64,000 bases of DNA from the human T2T-CHM13v2.0 reference genome, Homo sapiens, in the NCBI RefSeq assembly GCF_009914755.1, contig NC_060932.1; one strand, 5' to 3'. Position numbers and translations under genes: made by a program. Below are positions 1-12,197 of this stretch, piece by piece; positions within the stretch are counted from its first letter, which is position 1; every line of letters begins with the position of its first letter. The notes beneath the pieces are model-generated. The model did not search any database and had not been told where the DNA came from. It saw only the letters and a list, made by a program, of their open reading frames with translations.

Positions 1-329
1 AAATTATGATAAAGTTGTATATGTGTCTTTATATTTAGGTTACTACTGCTGTGTTTAAAGTTTTCAGAATTAAATATTGATATGTTTCAGATTTCATAAC
101 GTAGAAAATATTTTGAAATACTAATTTTAATTTATATATTGCCAAGTATTTAAATCATGATGATAATTTAAAATGTTATGTAGATCAAGGGATTTTTATT
201 TTAATACGTTGATAGTTACAAAGTTATAATAGAATTCACCTTCAAATGTATCTTGGCCTTAGAGTGACTTTACAAGTTTGAAAGAATAATGATAATAACA
301 TCGATTTATTGTAATAACATGATATTGTG

Positions 330-545
330 TTATACTGTGTACCAGGCAACATGCTAAATACTTTATATGCCCCATGTGGTTTATATAAGGCTTAAAGTAA
401 GGACTCCTAATTAATTTTTCCATTTTAAAGATGAAAAATTTGAAGCTCAGAGGGGTTATGTCATTTATCTAAGGTGACATAGGAAGTAGCGGAGTAGGTT
501 CAAACTGGGCCAATGTGGCCTCAAAGCCCTTGTTTTAACTGCTAC
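330..545 (-). mobile_element. MIR SINE fragment (decayed)
   Basis: MIR-like core: ccattttaaagatgaaaaatttgaagctcagaggggttatgtcatttatctaaggtgacatagg...caaactgggc. Boundaries approximate. Confidence 0.55.
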
Positions 546-551
546 TATAAT

Positions 552-765
552 CAGTAGAGTGTTAGTACAGCCCAAGATATAGGCTCTGGAAAGTGAATTT
601 TCAAATATTTATCAATATTGTGGGTTTGTTATTAAACTATCAGAAATTTCAAATGAGCCATGGTGGAAATATTTAGACCTTGGAACTCAGCAAATGCTAC
701 AGATCAAGGTTTCTTCTATATTCCCCTTTCCTTCCTGCATTGTACAGTATACTAGCATATCAGTG
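552..765. mobile_element. MER63-like hAT DNA transposon (non-autonomous)
   Basis: The segment aaatgagccatggtggaaatatttagaccttggaactcagcaaatgctacagatcaagg resembles the recalled MER63 consensus, with decayed CAGT-type ends. Confidence 0.5.
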
Positions 766-1002
766 CCTTTACTGCCAAAGTCTTGTCAGTGTTTGCAATA
801 TTACATGTATTATGTTAGAGATATAAATACTGGGCGTAATCTTTTACATCTTGTATTAAGTACTGTCTATAAACTGGAATCTATTAAGAAACTTACTATT
901 AATAGTTATTGAATTAAATACATTAACTTTTGTTGCTAAAATATCTAAAATAATTTATTAAAGACAAGAATGTGTGAAATGAACTATCTCTCTTCTTTTC
1001 AG

Positions 1003-1112
1003 TGATAGTGGAAAGTGGAAATATAATTTCTTTTGTGGGTTATATTAACTCTGGATGCTGTAACATTTATAGAAGTATTATAGGATTTGTGAAACTACGA
1101 TCAAATAAAGTG
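1003..1112 (+). CDS. CNBD1: CNBD1 internal coding exon (cyclic nucleotide-binding domain), phase 1 to phase 0
   Basis: Acceptor tctctcttcttttcAG at 1001-1002 and donor GTAAGT at 1113. The 110 nt are open and read (x)IVESGNIISFVGYINSGCCNIYRSIIGFVKLRSNKV, a CNB beta2-beta4 pattern, in frame with the next exon. Confidence 0.88.
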
Positions 1113-1299
1113 GTAAGTTTTCAACATGTATTCTTTTTAATCAATTAATCTACTCTAAAGAATAGTGTCAGATACCTTTTCATGTACTTACTAGACATTT
1201 ATTTGTATTACTTTGTGAAATTTCTATTCAATTTTTTGAAATTTTTGTGTTTGTTTTTGGTTTAGTTATAAGATATAAGAATATAAGTTGTAAGATATA

Positions 1300-2090
<791 letters not shown>

Positions 2091-2953
2091 CAGGGAGACT
2101 TCAATGGAATTCAATTAAATATCTAAACTAACTTGAATTCTGCTGCACTAATCATATTCAGTGTAAAGATTTGCCATTTATATAGGTGCAAATATTCAAG
2201 TTATATTGGATTTGACTCCAGGTTATTTAGTAAATGCTTTAGCCTCTTCCAAGTTCTTGCCACTTTCCTACCTGAGGGCTATATTCTCTTTTATATATCT
2301 TAGTGGTCATCAACTCCTAGCAAATCTCCCCGCAAAGGTAATTTGAGGTCTCAAAATTTTCTCCAGAACCATTCATATTGAACATCCTGTAGGCCCTTCT
2401 CCACAAGGTCTCTTATTTGAACCAAAATTATAGTTCCCTGAGTCAAACTCATTTTCCATGTTTCTTTTGTACTTAAACAGAAAAGACAGGGAATAATCCC
2501 TCCTTTTTGACTTAATACCATCGGTTCTGGCCCTGGCATTTTCTGCTTATTTTCCTTCTTCCCTGTGGGTTCAACAAGAGTGCCTTGTGACTAGGGCTGA
2601 TGTAACAAACAGTGGTTGACAAAACATCTTAAATGAAACTATGCTCACAAAATGATATCCTAGATCCTTGAAATGTGGAATTAGTTCAATATTTCCTAAA
2701 CATCTTTGTGGATTCTAAAGGACAATGCTTTCAATTACCTTAGATATGCCTAAGTTATCTATGAATTTACTATTGCTCTAATATAATTGAAATGCTTATG
2801 TAAGTAAATTTTTCTGTAATTTAAATACAATTGCTAATTTATTTTAAATATCATTTAGTAAAATGGTTTATGAGTGAGTTTCTGATAAAAACAATACTGA
2901 TTCATTATATGGAAGCAGTTGCATTAAACATCAATAATATATTTTTTTAACAG

Positions 2954-3104
2954 AAAAGATCTCAAAAACTTGTTTATATGGGGAAACTTAAGGAGAAGGA
3001 GTCCTTTGGTGAGATTAGCGTCCTTCTTCAAGTTCCTTTCACGTGCACAATCATTACCAAAAAAGAAGTTGAGATGGCAATCATTGAAGATAAGGACCTA
3101 TTTG
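2954..3104 (+). CDS. CNBD1: CNBD1 penultimate coding exon, phase 0 to phase 1
   Basis: Acceptor tttttttaacAG at 2952-2953 and donor GTAAAT at 3105. The 151 nt are open and read KRSQKLVYMGKLKEKESFGEISVLLQVPFTCTIITKKEVEMAIIEDKDLF, including the CNB FGE motif. Confidence 0.9.
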
Positions 3105-3157
3105 GTAAATGCATAAATATCTTTTAACTGTTATACCATTTTATTGGATGAGTTCTT

Positions 3158-4388
3158 AAATTTTTTAAATTTTTTTCCTTATTAATCAGATGCATATTTA
3201 TTAAATTGGGGTTCACCTGCAAAGGATGGAGTATTTGCATAATCTCCTCCAGATCATTTCTCTCTTGGTGAATTTTGAAAAGGGCACATGTTTGTAGAGT
3301 GGGCTGGAAGGGAACTTCATTTTCATCATATAGAAAGAGGTGAGGACTTGATGCCGAGGTTTGATGCAGGGGCTGCCTGAGGCTTGGTCTCCTGGTCCTC
3401 CAGGACCACCCTGAACTGAAGTTGGAGAACCCAGGGCAACCAGCCCTGCTCTGTGTCCTGTCCTTCCTGCAACTTGCTGGACCTCACAGCTGAAAATGGG
3501 AGCCTTGTCTCATTCTCTGTGTGAGTCCTTAGGATAATGGTATAGTAATAATAATAGCAATAATAATATTAGTCTAAGTCACACAATAGTAAGTGAAAGC
3601 ATTCCATTGCAGCATAAACTATAAAGAAATATTTATGGTAAGCATTCAGGGGTACTTGGTGGATCCCAGGCAGGGACCTGGGCCTCATGAGGGTACTTTA
3701 ATTCTCTAGGATTTCTTTTTTTTTAATTTTATTATTATTATACTTTAAGTTTTAGGGTACATGTGCACAACGTGCAGGTTTGTTACATATGTATACATGT
3801 GCCATGTTGGTGTGCTGCACCCATTAACTCGTCATTTAGCATTAGGTATATCTCCTATTGCTATCCCTCCCCCTTCCCCCCACCCCACAACTGTCCCTGG
3901 TGTGTGATGTTCCCCTTCCTGTGTCCATGTGTTCTCATTGTTCAATTCCCACCTATGAGTGAGAACATGCGGTGTTTGGTTTTTTGTCCTTGTGATAGTT
4001 TGCTGAGAATGATAGTTTCCAGCTTCATCCATGTCCCTACAAAGGACATGAACTCATCATGTTTTATGGCTGCATAGTATTCCATGGTGTATATGTGCCA
4101 CATTTTCTTAACCCAGTCTATCACTGTTGGACATTTGGGTTGGTTCCAAGTCTTTGCTATTGTGAATAGTGCCGCAATAACATACGTATGCATTTGTCTT
4201 TATAGCAGCATGATTTATAATCCTTTGGGTATAAACCCAGTAATGGGATGGCTGGGTCCATCAGAGAAATGCAAATCAAAACCACAATGAGATACCATCT
4301 CACACCAGTTAAAATGGCGATCATTAAAAAGTCAGGAAACAACAGGTGCTGGAGAGGATGTGGAGAAATAGGAACACTTTTACACTGC
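3158..4388 (-). mobile_element. L1PA4-like insertion: 5'-truncated, 5'-inverted (4259-4388), with 3' transduction (~3177-3715)
   Basis: L1 3' end lies antisense at ~3716-4258 and flips to sense at 4259. TSD tggatgagtt(c/t)tt at 3145-3157 and 4389-4401. A second T-tract lies at 3161-3176, with a minus-strand AATAAA at 3197-3202. Confidence 0.85.
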
Positions 4389-5104
4389 TGGATGAGTTTT
4401 TTAAAAGAGTAGAGATATTTCACAGACAAATTGGGATACTCAAGTGAGTGTTTGTATGTATATTATGTACAAAGACAACATAGCTATACACTGCCCCTTT
4501 TATAATATATTCTGAATTAATTGTACTGGTGTTAGAATATATTAGCAATATTTCAAAAGACTTTGTTTTGAAATTACTAAAATCTCTCTGCCACTTCCCA
4601 GGTTACCATTAATAGCAATGTTCCCTTCTTTTCTGGGACATCTTCTGGCTTTCATCTCTAAGGTCATTGCTTTTATGTTTTTGGTTCAGGTCAAGTATGT
4701 AACATCCTCAATATTTAATTAAGATCAAGCATATATGAAAATCTAAGGCTGGTAGTATATAAGACTTTATCTAAAATTTTAGAGCTCTAGTAATAATAAC
4801 AGAATAATAATGCAGCCACCTGTATTCAGCCCTCCAAATACTATAAATACTCAAATTGGAAATACAATTGAGTATGAAGGAGAAATGAATAGAAGCTAAT
4901 AAGTTGTAACATAATAGGATATTAAAGAAAATTGTAGATATGTACAATAAAACTGGGAGTAAAGGATGAAAGCAAAGAAATTTGTAGACATTACCATGGG
5001 TGAGAGGTATGCTTCAACAGACTAAATTGAAAGTTGTTCATGATAAACCATATAAGATTTGACTGAATACTGTTATCCTGAATTTCAATTATGTTTTATG
5101 TCTC

Positions 5105-7530
5105 TGACATGATTTGGATGTTTGTCCTTTCCAAATTTCATGTTGAAACGTCATCCTCAATGTTGGAGCTGCAGCCTAATGGGAGGTTTTTGGGTCAAGG
5201 AGATGGATCCTTTATGAATGGCTTAGTGTCCTTCCTGGGTAATGAGTGAGTTCTCACTCTATTAGTTCATGAAAGAGCTGGCTCTTTAAAAGTGTCTGGC
5301 ATGTTTCTCTTGCTCCTTCTTTCACCATGTGACACACCTGCTCCTCTTCCATTTTCCACCATGAATAAAACCTTCCTGAGTCCTCACCAGAAGCCAAGCA
5401 GATGTTGTTGCCATGCTTGTTAGACCCTGGCAAACTGTGAGCCAAATAAACTTCTTTTCTTTATAAATTACCCAGCTTCAGATATTCATTAATGACAACA
5501 CAAAACTAATACAGACGTGGGGTGTTGCTATAAAGATACATGAAAATGGGAAGCAGCTTTGGAACTGGGTAGCAAGCAGAGGTTGGAAGAGTTTGAAAGT
5601 CTCATAAGAAGACAGCAGATGAAGGAAAGTTTGAAACTACTTAGGATTTGCTAAATAGTTGTGAACAAAATACTGATAGAAGTATGGATAGTGAAGGCCA
5701 GGCTTATGAGGCCTTAGATGGAAATGAGGAATCTATTGGAAAATGGAATAAAGTGTATCCTTGCTATGCCCTAGCAAAAATCTTGGCTGCATTGTGTCCA
5801 TGCCCTAAAGATTTGTGGAAAGTTAAACTTAAGAGTGGTGACCTAGGGTATCTGGTGGAAGAAATTTCTAAGCAGCAAAACATTCAAGAATTAGTGTGGG
5901 TGCATCCAACAACGTACAATCATATATGAGCATAAAAGATGACTTAACGTTGGAAATTATAATTAAAAAGGAAGCAGAGCATAAAATTTGAAAAATTCAC
6001 ACTCTAGCTATGTGGAAGAGAAGGAACGTGCATTTTCTAGAGAGAAATTTAAATGCACTGTGGAGCAACAACTTGCTAGAGGGATTAGCTTGACTAAAAG
6101 GGAGACAAGTGCCAATATTCAAGATAATGGGAGAAGGTCCTCAAAGGAATTTCAGAAATCTTGAAGACAGCTCCTCCCATCACAGGCCCAGATGCCTAGG
6201 AGGAAAGAATGTTTTGGGGAGCCAGGCTGAGGATACTGCTGCCCTATGCCACCTCAGGACGCTGCTCTCAGAATCTGAGCAGAGCCATCCTGGGCTCAAA
6301 CAGCCCCAGATACAGCATGGGCTACTGCTCCAGAGACTGTAAGCTATAAGCCTTTGTGGCTTCCACATGGAGTTGGGTCTGCAGGTATATGAAATGCAAG
6401 AGTGAAGGAAGCTTGCTATATTCTACCTAGATTTCAGAGAATGTATCAGAAAGCCTTCCAGAGAGAAGGCTCCTGCAGGGGCCCCACAGAGAGCCTCTAT
6501 AAGAGAAGTGCCAAAAGGAAATTTGGGATTGGAGCTACCACACAAAGTCCCCATTGGGGCACTGCCTAGTGAACTGTAAGAAGTGGGCTGCCACCCTCCA
6601 GACCTGAGAATGGTAGAGCCATGGGCAGCTTGCACTCTGAGCCTGGAAAAGCTACAGGCGTTTAACTCCAACCCATGAAAGAAGCCACGTGGGCTGCATC
6701 CAGCAAAGCTGCAAGGGTGGAGCTGCCCAAGGCCTTGGGAACCCATCCCTTGCACCAGTGTACCCATAATTAGAGTCAACAGAGACGATTTTGGAGCTTT
6801 AAAATTTTAATACCTGCTCTTCTGGGTTTCAGACATGCATGGGGAATGTTTCCCCTATCTTTTGTCTTATTTCTGTCTTTTGGAATGGGAATGTTTACTT
6901 GATTTCTTTAGCACCACTGTATCTTGGAAATTAATAACTTGTTTTTGGTCTTACAGGCTCATAGGTGGAAAGAATGTGTCTTGAGTCTCAGATGGAACTT
7001 TGGACTTTTGAGTTGATGCTAGAATGAGTTAAGACCAGGGGACTGTTGGGAAGGGGTGATTATATATTGCAATGTGAGAAGGACATGAGATATGGTAGGC
7101 CAGCAACAGAATGATATAGTTTGGATGTCTGTCCCCTCCAAATCTCAGGTTGAAGGGTGATCCTCATTGTTAGAGGTGGGGACTGGTGAGGGGTGTTTGT
7201 GTTATTGAGGTAGACTCCTAATAAAGGGCTTGGCTTCATCTTCATGATAATGAGTGAGTTGTTTCTCTGTGAGTTCACATGAGAGCTGGTTGTTTAAAGA
7301 AGCCTAGCAGCTCCTTTTCTCTCTCTTGCTCCCTCTCTCTCCATGTGACATGCCTGCTCCTTCTCTGCCTTCCACCATGAACAAAAGATTCCCGAGGCCT
7401 CATCAGTAGCCAAGAAGATACTGGTGCCATGCTTGTACAACTTGCAGAACTATCAGTCAAATAAACCTCTTTCCTTTATAGATTACCCAGCCTTGGGTAT
7501 TCCTTCATAGCAATGCAAAACTGACTAATA
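5105..7530 (+). mobile_element. MaLR provirus (MSTB/MSTA-type): LTR 5105-~5513, internal region, LTR ~7112-7530
   Basis: Two MST-type LTRs (tga..tggatg..tgtcc..ccaaat...actaata) flank MST-internal sequence. 5-bp TSD GTCTC at 5100-5104 and 7531-7535. Confidence 0.9.
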
Positions 7531-7863
7531 GTCTCTTACAGAATGTGTTACCAATACTTGCATAACACTAACTCAAAATGAAAAAAATTAATTCAAATTC
7601 ATATGTCTAATTTTAAAAGTTGTAAATCTGAAATGACATTTGTTAATTTTATTTTCTTCTGTGACATTCAAATACAACCTCCCTCAAGGTAAACATTGCT
7701 TAAAAATAATTACTAACCACCAATTAAAATGACAATATTCTCACTTAATATTTTTTCTTTTCCTATATAATAATATGTTTTTTCTTTTCCTATATAAATG
7801 ATGTTAACTGGTGCAAGGCAAATACACTGTGGACTCTTTTATGTAAAACAACATTTCACACGT

Positions 7864-8428
7864 TGTATTATACAAAGTTCTTCAAAAAAAACAGAACCAA
7901 TAGGATATATATAAATATACAAGAGGCGATCTATTATGGGGATTGGCTAATGTGATTGTAGAGTACACAAAGTCCCATGATATGCTTTCAGCAAGCTGGA
8001 GAATCAGTAAAGCCAGTGGTATAATTCAGGTTGTGTCTGAAGGTCTGAAGGGGAACTGAGGGTGTAACTCCCAGTGTGAGGCCAAAGCCTTGAAAACTGG
8101 AGAGGGCAGACAGGAGGCAGTTGTATTAAGTCCTGGAGTCTGAAGGCCAGAGCACCAGGAATCCTGGTATTCAAGAACTGGGAAAGATGGCCATCTTAGC
8201 TGAAGAAGAGATAGACAGAATTCCTCTGCCTTTTTAATCTATTCAGGCCCGCAATGGATTAGGTGTTATCTGTTTGCATTGGTGTTGGTGGATTTTCCTT
8301 AATTCATCTACTGATTCAAATGCTAATCTCTCTAAAAAACACCCTCAAAGACACATCTGGAAATGTTTTACCAGCTATCTGGGCATCCCTTAGCCCAGTC
8401 AAGGTGGCACATAAAGTTAAGTGTCACA
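7864..8428 (-). mobile_element. MLT2 (ERVL) solo LTR
   Basis: tgtatt...acagaaccaataggatatat...aaagtcccatgatatgc...caaatgctaatctc...agcccagtcaaggtggcacataaagttaagtgtcaca matches MLT2 in antisense. Confidence 0.8.
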
Positions 8429-8539
8429 TACAAAAGTGTTTCTTTTAGTCACTTAATAGAATCTCCTTTGTCATCTGGCAGCCTAACATTCAAATACTTG
8501 GCATTGTATGGGATTTAGTAATGTTTGTGTGTGTACAAA

Positions 8540-8638
8540 CATTTTAATTCATTCCATAGTCTGTTTTATTCCATAGTCTGCATACATCAGACTATTCCAT
8601 AGTCTGAATTTCATTTTAAATTCATTCCATAGTCTGTT
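8540..8638. repeat. Cluster of four ATTCCATAGTCTG direct repeats plus one inverted copy (9-bp hairpin)
   Basis: Copies at 8551, 8568, 8594 and 8624. Hairpin tcagactat-tcc-atagtctga at 8587-8607. Confidence 0.9.
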
Positions 8639-11007
8639 CATTTGAGAGTGATGTTCTAAAGCTGCTGACATGATGTGTGCCTAATTGAATATTCTCTAAA
8701 TAGAAATGTGCTTGAGGACTAGATTTTGCTTGTTTTTTCAAAATTTACAAGGAAATAAAATATTGTGTTTATTTCAGAAAGCATTTTATTTCTACATTCT
8801 AATATTTCATATTCTATTCCAAGATAGTTAAATGTACATTTTAAGGGCTAGATAATTCTAATGAAAAATTAATGGTTAATTTTGCTGAAATAATTTTCAC
8901 ATATGAAGAACAATGATATTAATTTGCATTTAATCTGCTATATCCTATCTCCATCTACTTCATTTATTATTTGAAATATAGATCCACCTCTATGAAATAA
9001 CATAGGACAGGACTCAAGAGAAAGTAAAATGAGTCTTAAATATATCAAGTTGAAGACAAATGAAAATGCTGTGCTGGAAAACTCAGCGTGAGCAAACTCT
9101 ATGTTATGTCATCTTGCTATCAAGTGTTATTATTAGCTGTTATATTACATAGGTGTTAGGAATAATTTAAATTTGAGAAAGTCCACTAAAAATAAACAAA
9201 AATAAATAAAATAATTATGTTCCAATAGAATCCTCAATTATTAGTTGGTTATGTTGCCTTCACTTTCTAATTTTTCAAGAATTGTTAAAAACAGCAATTC
9301 TTTTAGAACTATAAAGGTATTACTGAAAAAATAAATTAATGCTTATCTTTCTCCAGGTATATGGGTTATACTCTCTATTTGGTCTTATGTAAATCATGTA
9401 AAGATTCAGTTCATCTTGAATGAATCAACAATATTTGGTAAATACCCAAAGAGAGCAATTCACTCACTGTACCTGTACTTCAAGATAGGTAGAATAGAAT
9501 CTAGAGAATATTAAAGACTTCATAAATGTTAAATGCTCTACTGGAGAATTATATATGCAACCGTCTATATATAAAATATAGTAAGATGTATGCAGCAATT
9601 AGTTTTGTAATATTTAAAAGGACTTGAGGAGTGGCTTATTTGTTCCTTTTGGTGGTTAACTTTTGGAAGTTAGGAAATATCTTTTTTTAATCTATATGCA
9701 TCCTTCTCAGACATTGCCTTGAACATCTAAATAAGAATGAGAATAGCATTATTAAGCTTAAGCAAATATAAATTTCCTCTGTTTTTCACATGCTACTGAG
9801 AATGTAGTTTATTATTATTTTTATAAAGTCAATATATCTTTGTCCAGATGCAGAGCTTATTACTCAAGTCATTTAAGGTAAAGATAATTGCAAGTCAATA
9901 TAACTATTTTAATTTTACTGATGTCTTAAATTCTCATTCCACCATTAGAACAAGTGTACTACTTTTGTAATGAGAAAGAATTTCTTTTTATCTATAAAAT
10001 GAATTACTGATGTTTTTTATTATATCTCATTCAACAACTTATGATTGAAAAATAAGGAATAGCTAATGTGCTTAATTTGCCATACCGAAAAGGAAAATTT
10101 CAATTCCAAGGTGTTATTGGTATAAACTATCTGAAAGTTTCTGCTTGTTTTTAAAAAGGAAGAATGCCTAAAGACTATCTCTCATAATGCTTAATACAAA
10201 GCACAGGAGGTCAGAGTTTTTACTGCAGATATATCTGTTAAGCATTTCAGGGGCAATAAATATATTCATATTCAAAAACTTCTTCCCAACACATCAGCAT
10301 TTCACCTTAATGATGAGATAAGTTATAGCCAAGATTATCCTTGTTAAATTAACAAAACTAATAAAAAGGATTTAAGCTCTTGAACAGTTTGCCACAGGGA
10401 ATACACGACTCTTTCCCCTTTTGCGTTTTTGCATTGTGATTTAAAATTTTGATATATGCAATTCCAAGTTAAAAATAAGATAGGGCACTTATTTTTAAAT
10501 CAGATAAAAATGCTTAAAAGCATCTTCTCCTCTTATAATTTGTTATTCCTTACTAATACATGTTAAATTTTAAAAATGTAAGTTACAAAGTTGAGTGAAA
10601 TGTTTTTTGAGGAAAAAATAATATTTTATTTGCAAAGCTTGACAAAATGCTAATATCTTTAATGATAAATGAGCTCTTAGAAATCAGTAGAAGGAGATTA
10701 ACATTACAAGGGAAGTGAAAATAAAAAGAACAGAGGAAAATGAAATAACACAAATGTCTTACAAGGCTATGTGAAGATGATATAGCTTACCATTAATAGA
10801 TGAAAAAGCAATTTCACTATAAATTACATTATCAATGCTTACAAATATTGATATCTAATGTTTATATAGTTTTAGGAAGGGAAAATCCTCAAATACTGGG
10901 AAAATTTACTCCAGTTATAGGAAATTTACTCAAAGTATAGATTTTGCATATACTTTGCCCCAGCAATTCCAGTTCATGGGGATCATTCCAACAAAATAGT
11001 TGGATGA

Positions 11008-11031
11008 ATATATATATATATATATATATAT
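11008..11031. repeat. (AT)n microsatellite
   Basis: About 12 perfect AT units. Confidence 0.95.
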
Positions 11032-11574
11032 TCTTGTTCACTACATAGAAAATCTTTGGCTAATATGTCATCCCCCAAGAAACTACTTATGTATCAATTG
11101 GTTTATAAAGAAATAGATGGGGGGGTAGAATTTGAAATATAAAAAGCATTGAAGTAAAAATACAAGATTTCACAAAATTCTATGTTCCTTGAATTCTTGA
11201 AAAAGAACTTTCTTTAAATGAATCAGTTTTATATTTACTCTGTGATAAGTGAAAATTATAAATGTATACACTTCAGACTTATGGAAGCACTGAGATGAAA
11301 CACTTTTAATTCCACTATCCTGGCTTCTTTGTTTAAGAATGTCTGTCATTCCATGTCCTGAGATTGAGTCCAATGACAAACCATGAAAACAATTACCATG
11401 CTTACTTAAAATCTACTTCAATGACACTCTTTAGGTTACTTTTCAAAAATGAGCTTTCTCAGTCAAGTTTTTCTGATCTGCAAGGAATGTCCACTGCAAT
11501 GCCTGTGAGGAGTCTCCATACATCATGAAGACCATATTTTGGTTTTGGTGAAGATGATATTAGAAACAAGGGCA

Positions 11575-12197
11575 CAGTCTCCCTCTTTCAGTCATTAAAA
11601 TCATATTGCCAAGAATGCTTGAATGAGAATACTGCAACAGGTCATTCAGTGATAACTGAGGTTTTTCAATACCAGATGTGTTTATCCAAGTTCAGGAGGA
11701 AGTGTTAGCTATTGTACACACTGCCCCTTGTTCATCCAACAGACAGTCCAAGGCAACTTGATTATCTACAAAAAAATTTAGCAAGGGAGTTTAGAAAAGT
11801 TTGTTGGGCACCTATAGCCTTTGCAGTAAACTTAGCTATTACTATAGCTAATGCTTGAGACAGATTTTTAATCATAACCTTATTTACATTTGTGCCAAGC
11901 CAATAAAGTTACATTCTACCAAAGATGGCCATTAAGAGGAATTTACACCATTTTGTCTACTCCATGGCAAGTCATGGACTGCAGTTTTTAGTAATGGAAT
12001 CTTTAAGGACTCAGAAAAGACCAGGCAGCCATTCGAACCCTCTGTGAGTCCACGCTTAACATTAAATTTATATCCTTTTAGATACCAATTTTGCTTTTCC
12101 AAGTCAGGTACATATAACACTGCTTATTAAATAGGTTATTATAGGTGATTTGACTTGGATCAATCTTATGGAGTTCATTCAAATTGCATATTCTAAC
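11575..12197 (-). mobile_element. ERV1 (gamma-like, MER4-group) internal fragment with decayed pol and env-TM remnants
   Basis: Minus-strand translation of ~11899-11650 gives ...TAKAIGAQQTFLNSLAKFF/VDNQVALDCLLDEQGAVCTIANTSS*TWINTSG (immunosuppressive domain and decayed CX6CC). ORF 11932-12120 resembles the RNaseH-integrase linker. A PPT-like aaagagggagactg lies near 11575-11588. Confidence 0.75.

Noticed and set aside
5648-6779. Several 60-120 aa ORFs
   Set aside because: They are fragments or chance frames within the decayed MaLR internal region.
8551-8636. Spaced short direct repeats superficially like a CRISPR array
   Set aside because: 13-bp repeats with 4-17 nt spacers in a primate intron, with no cas genes. 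Better explained as a repair scar.
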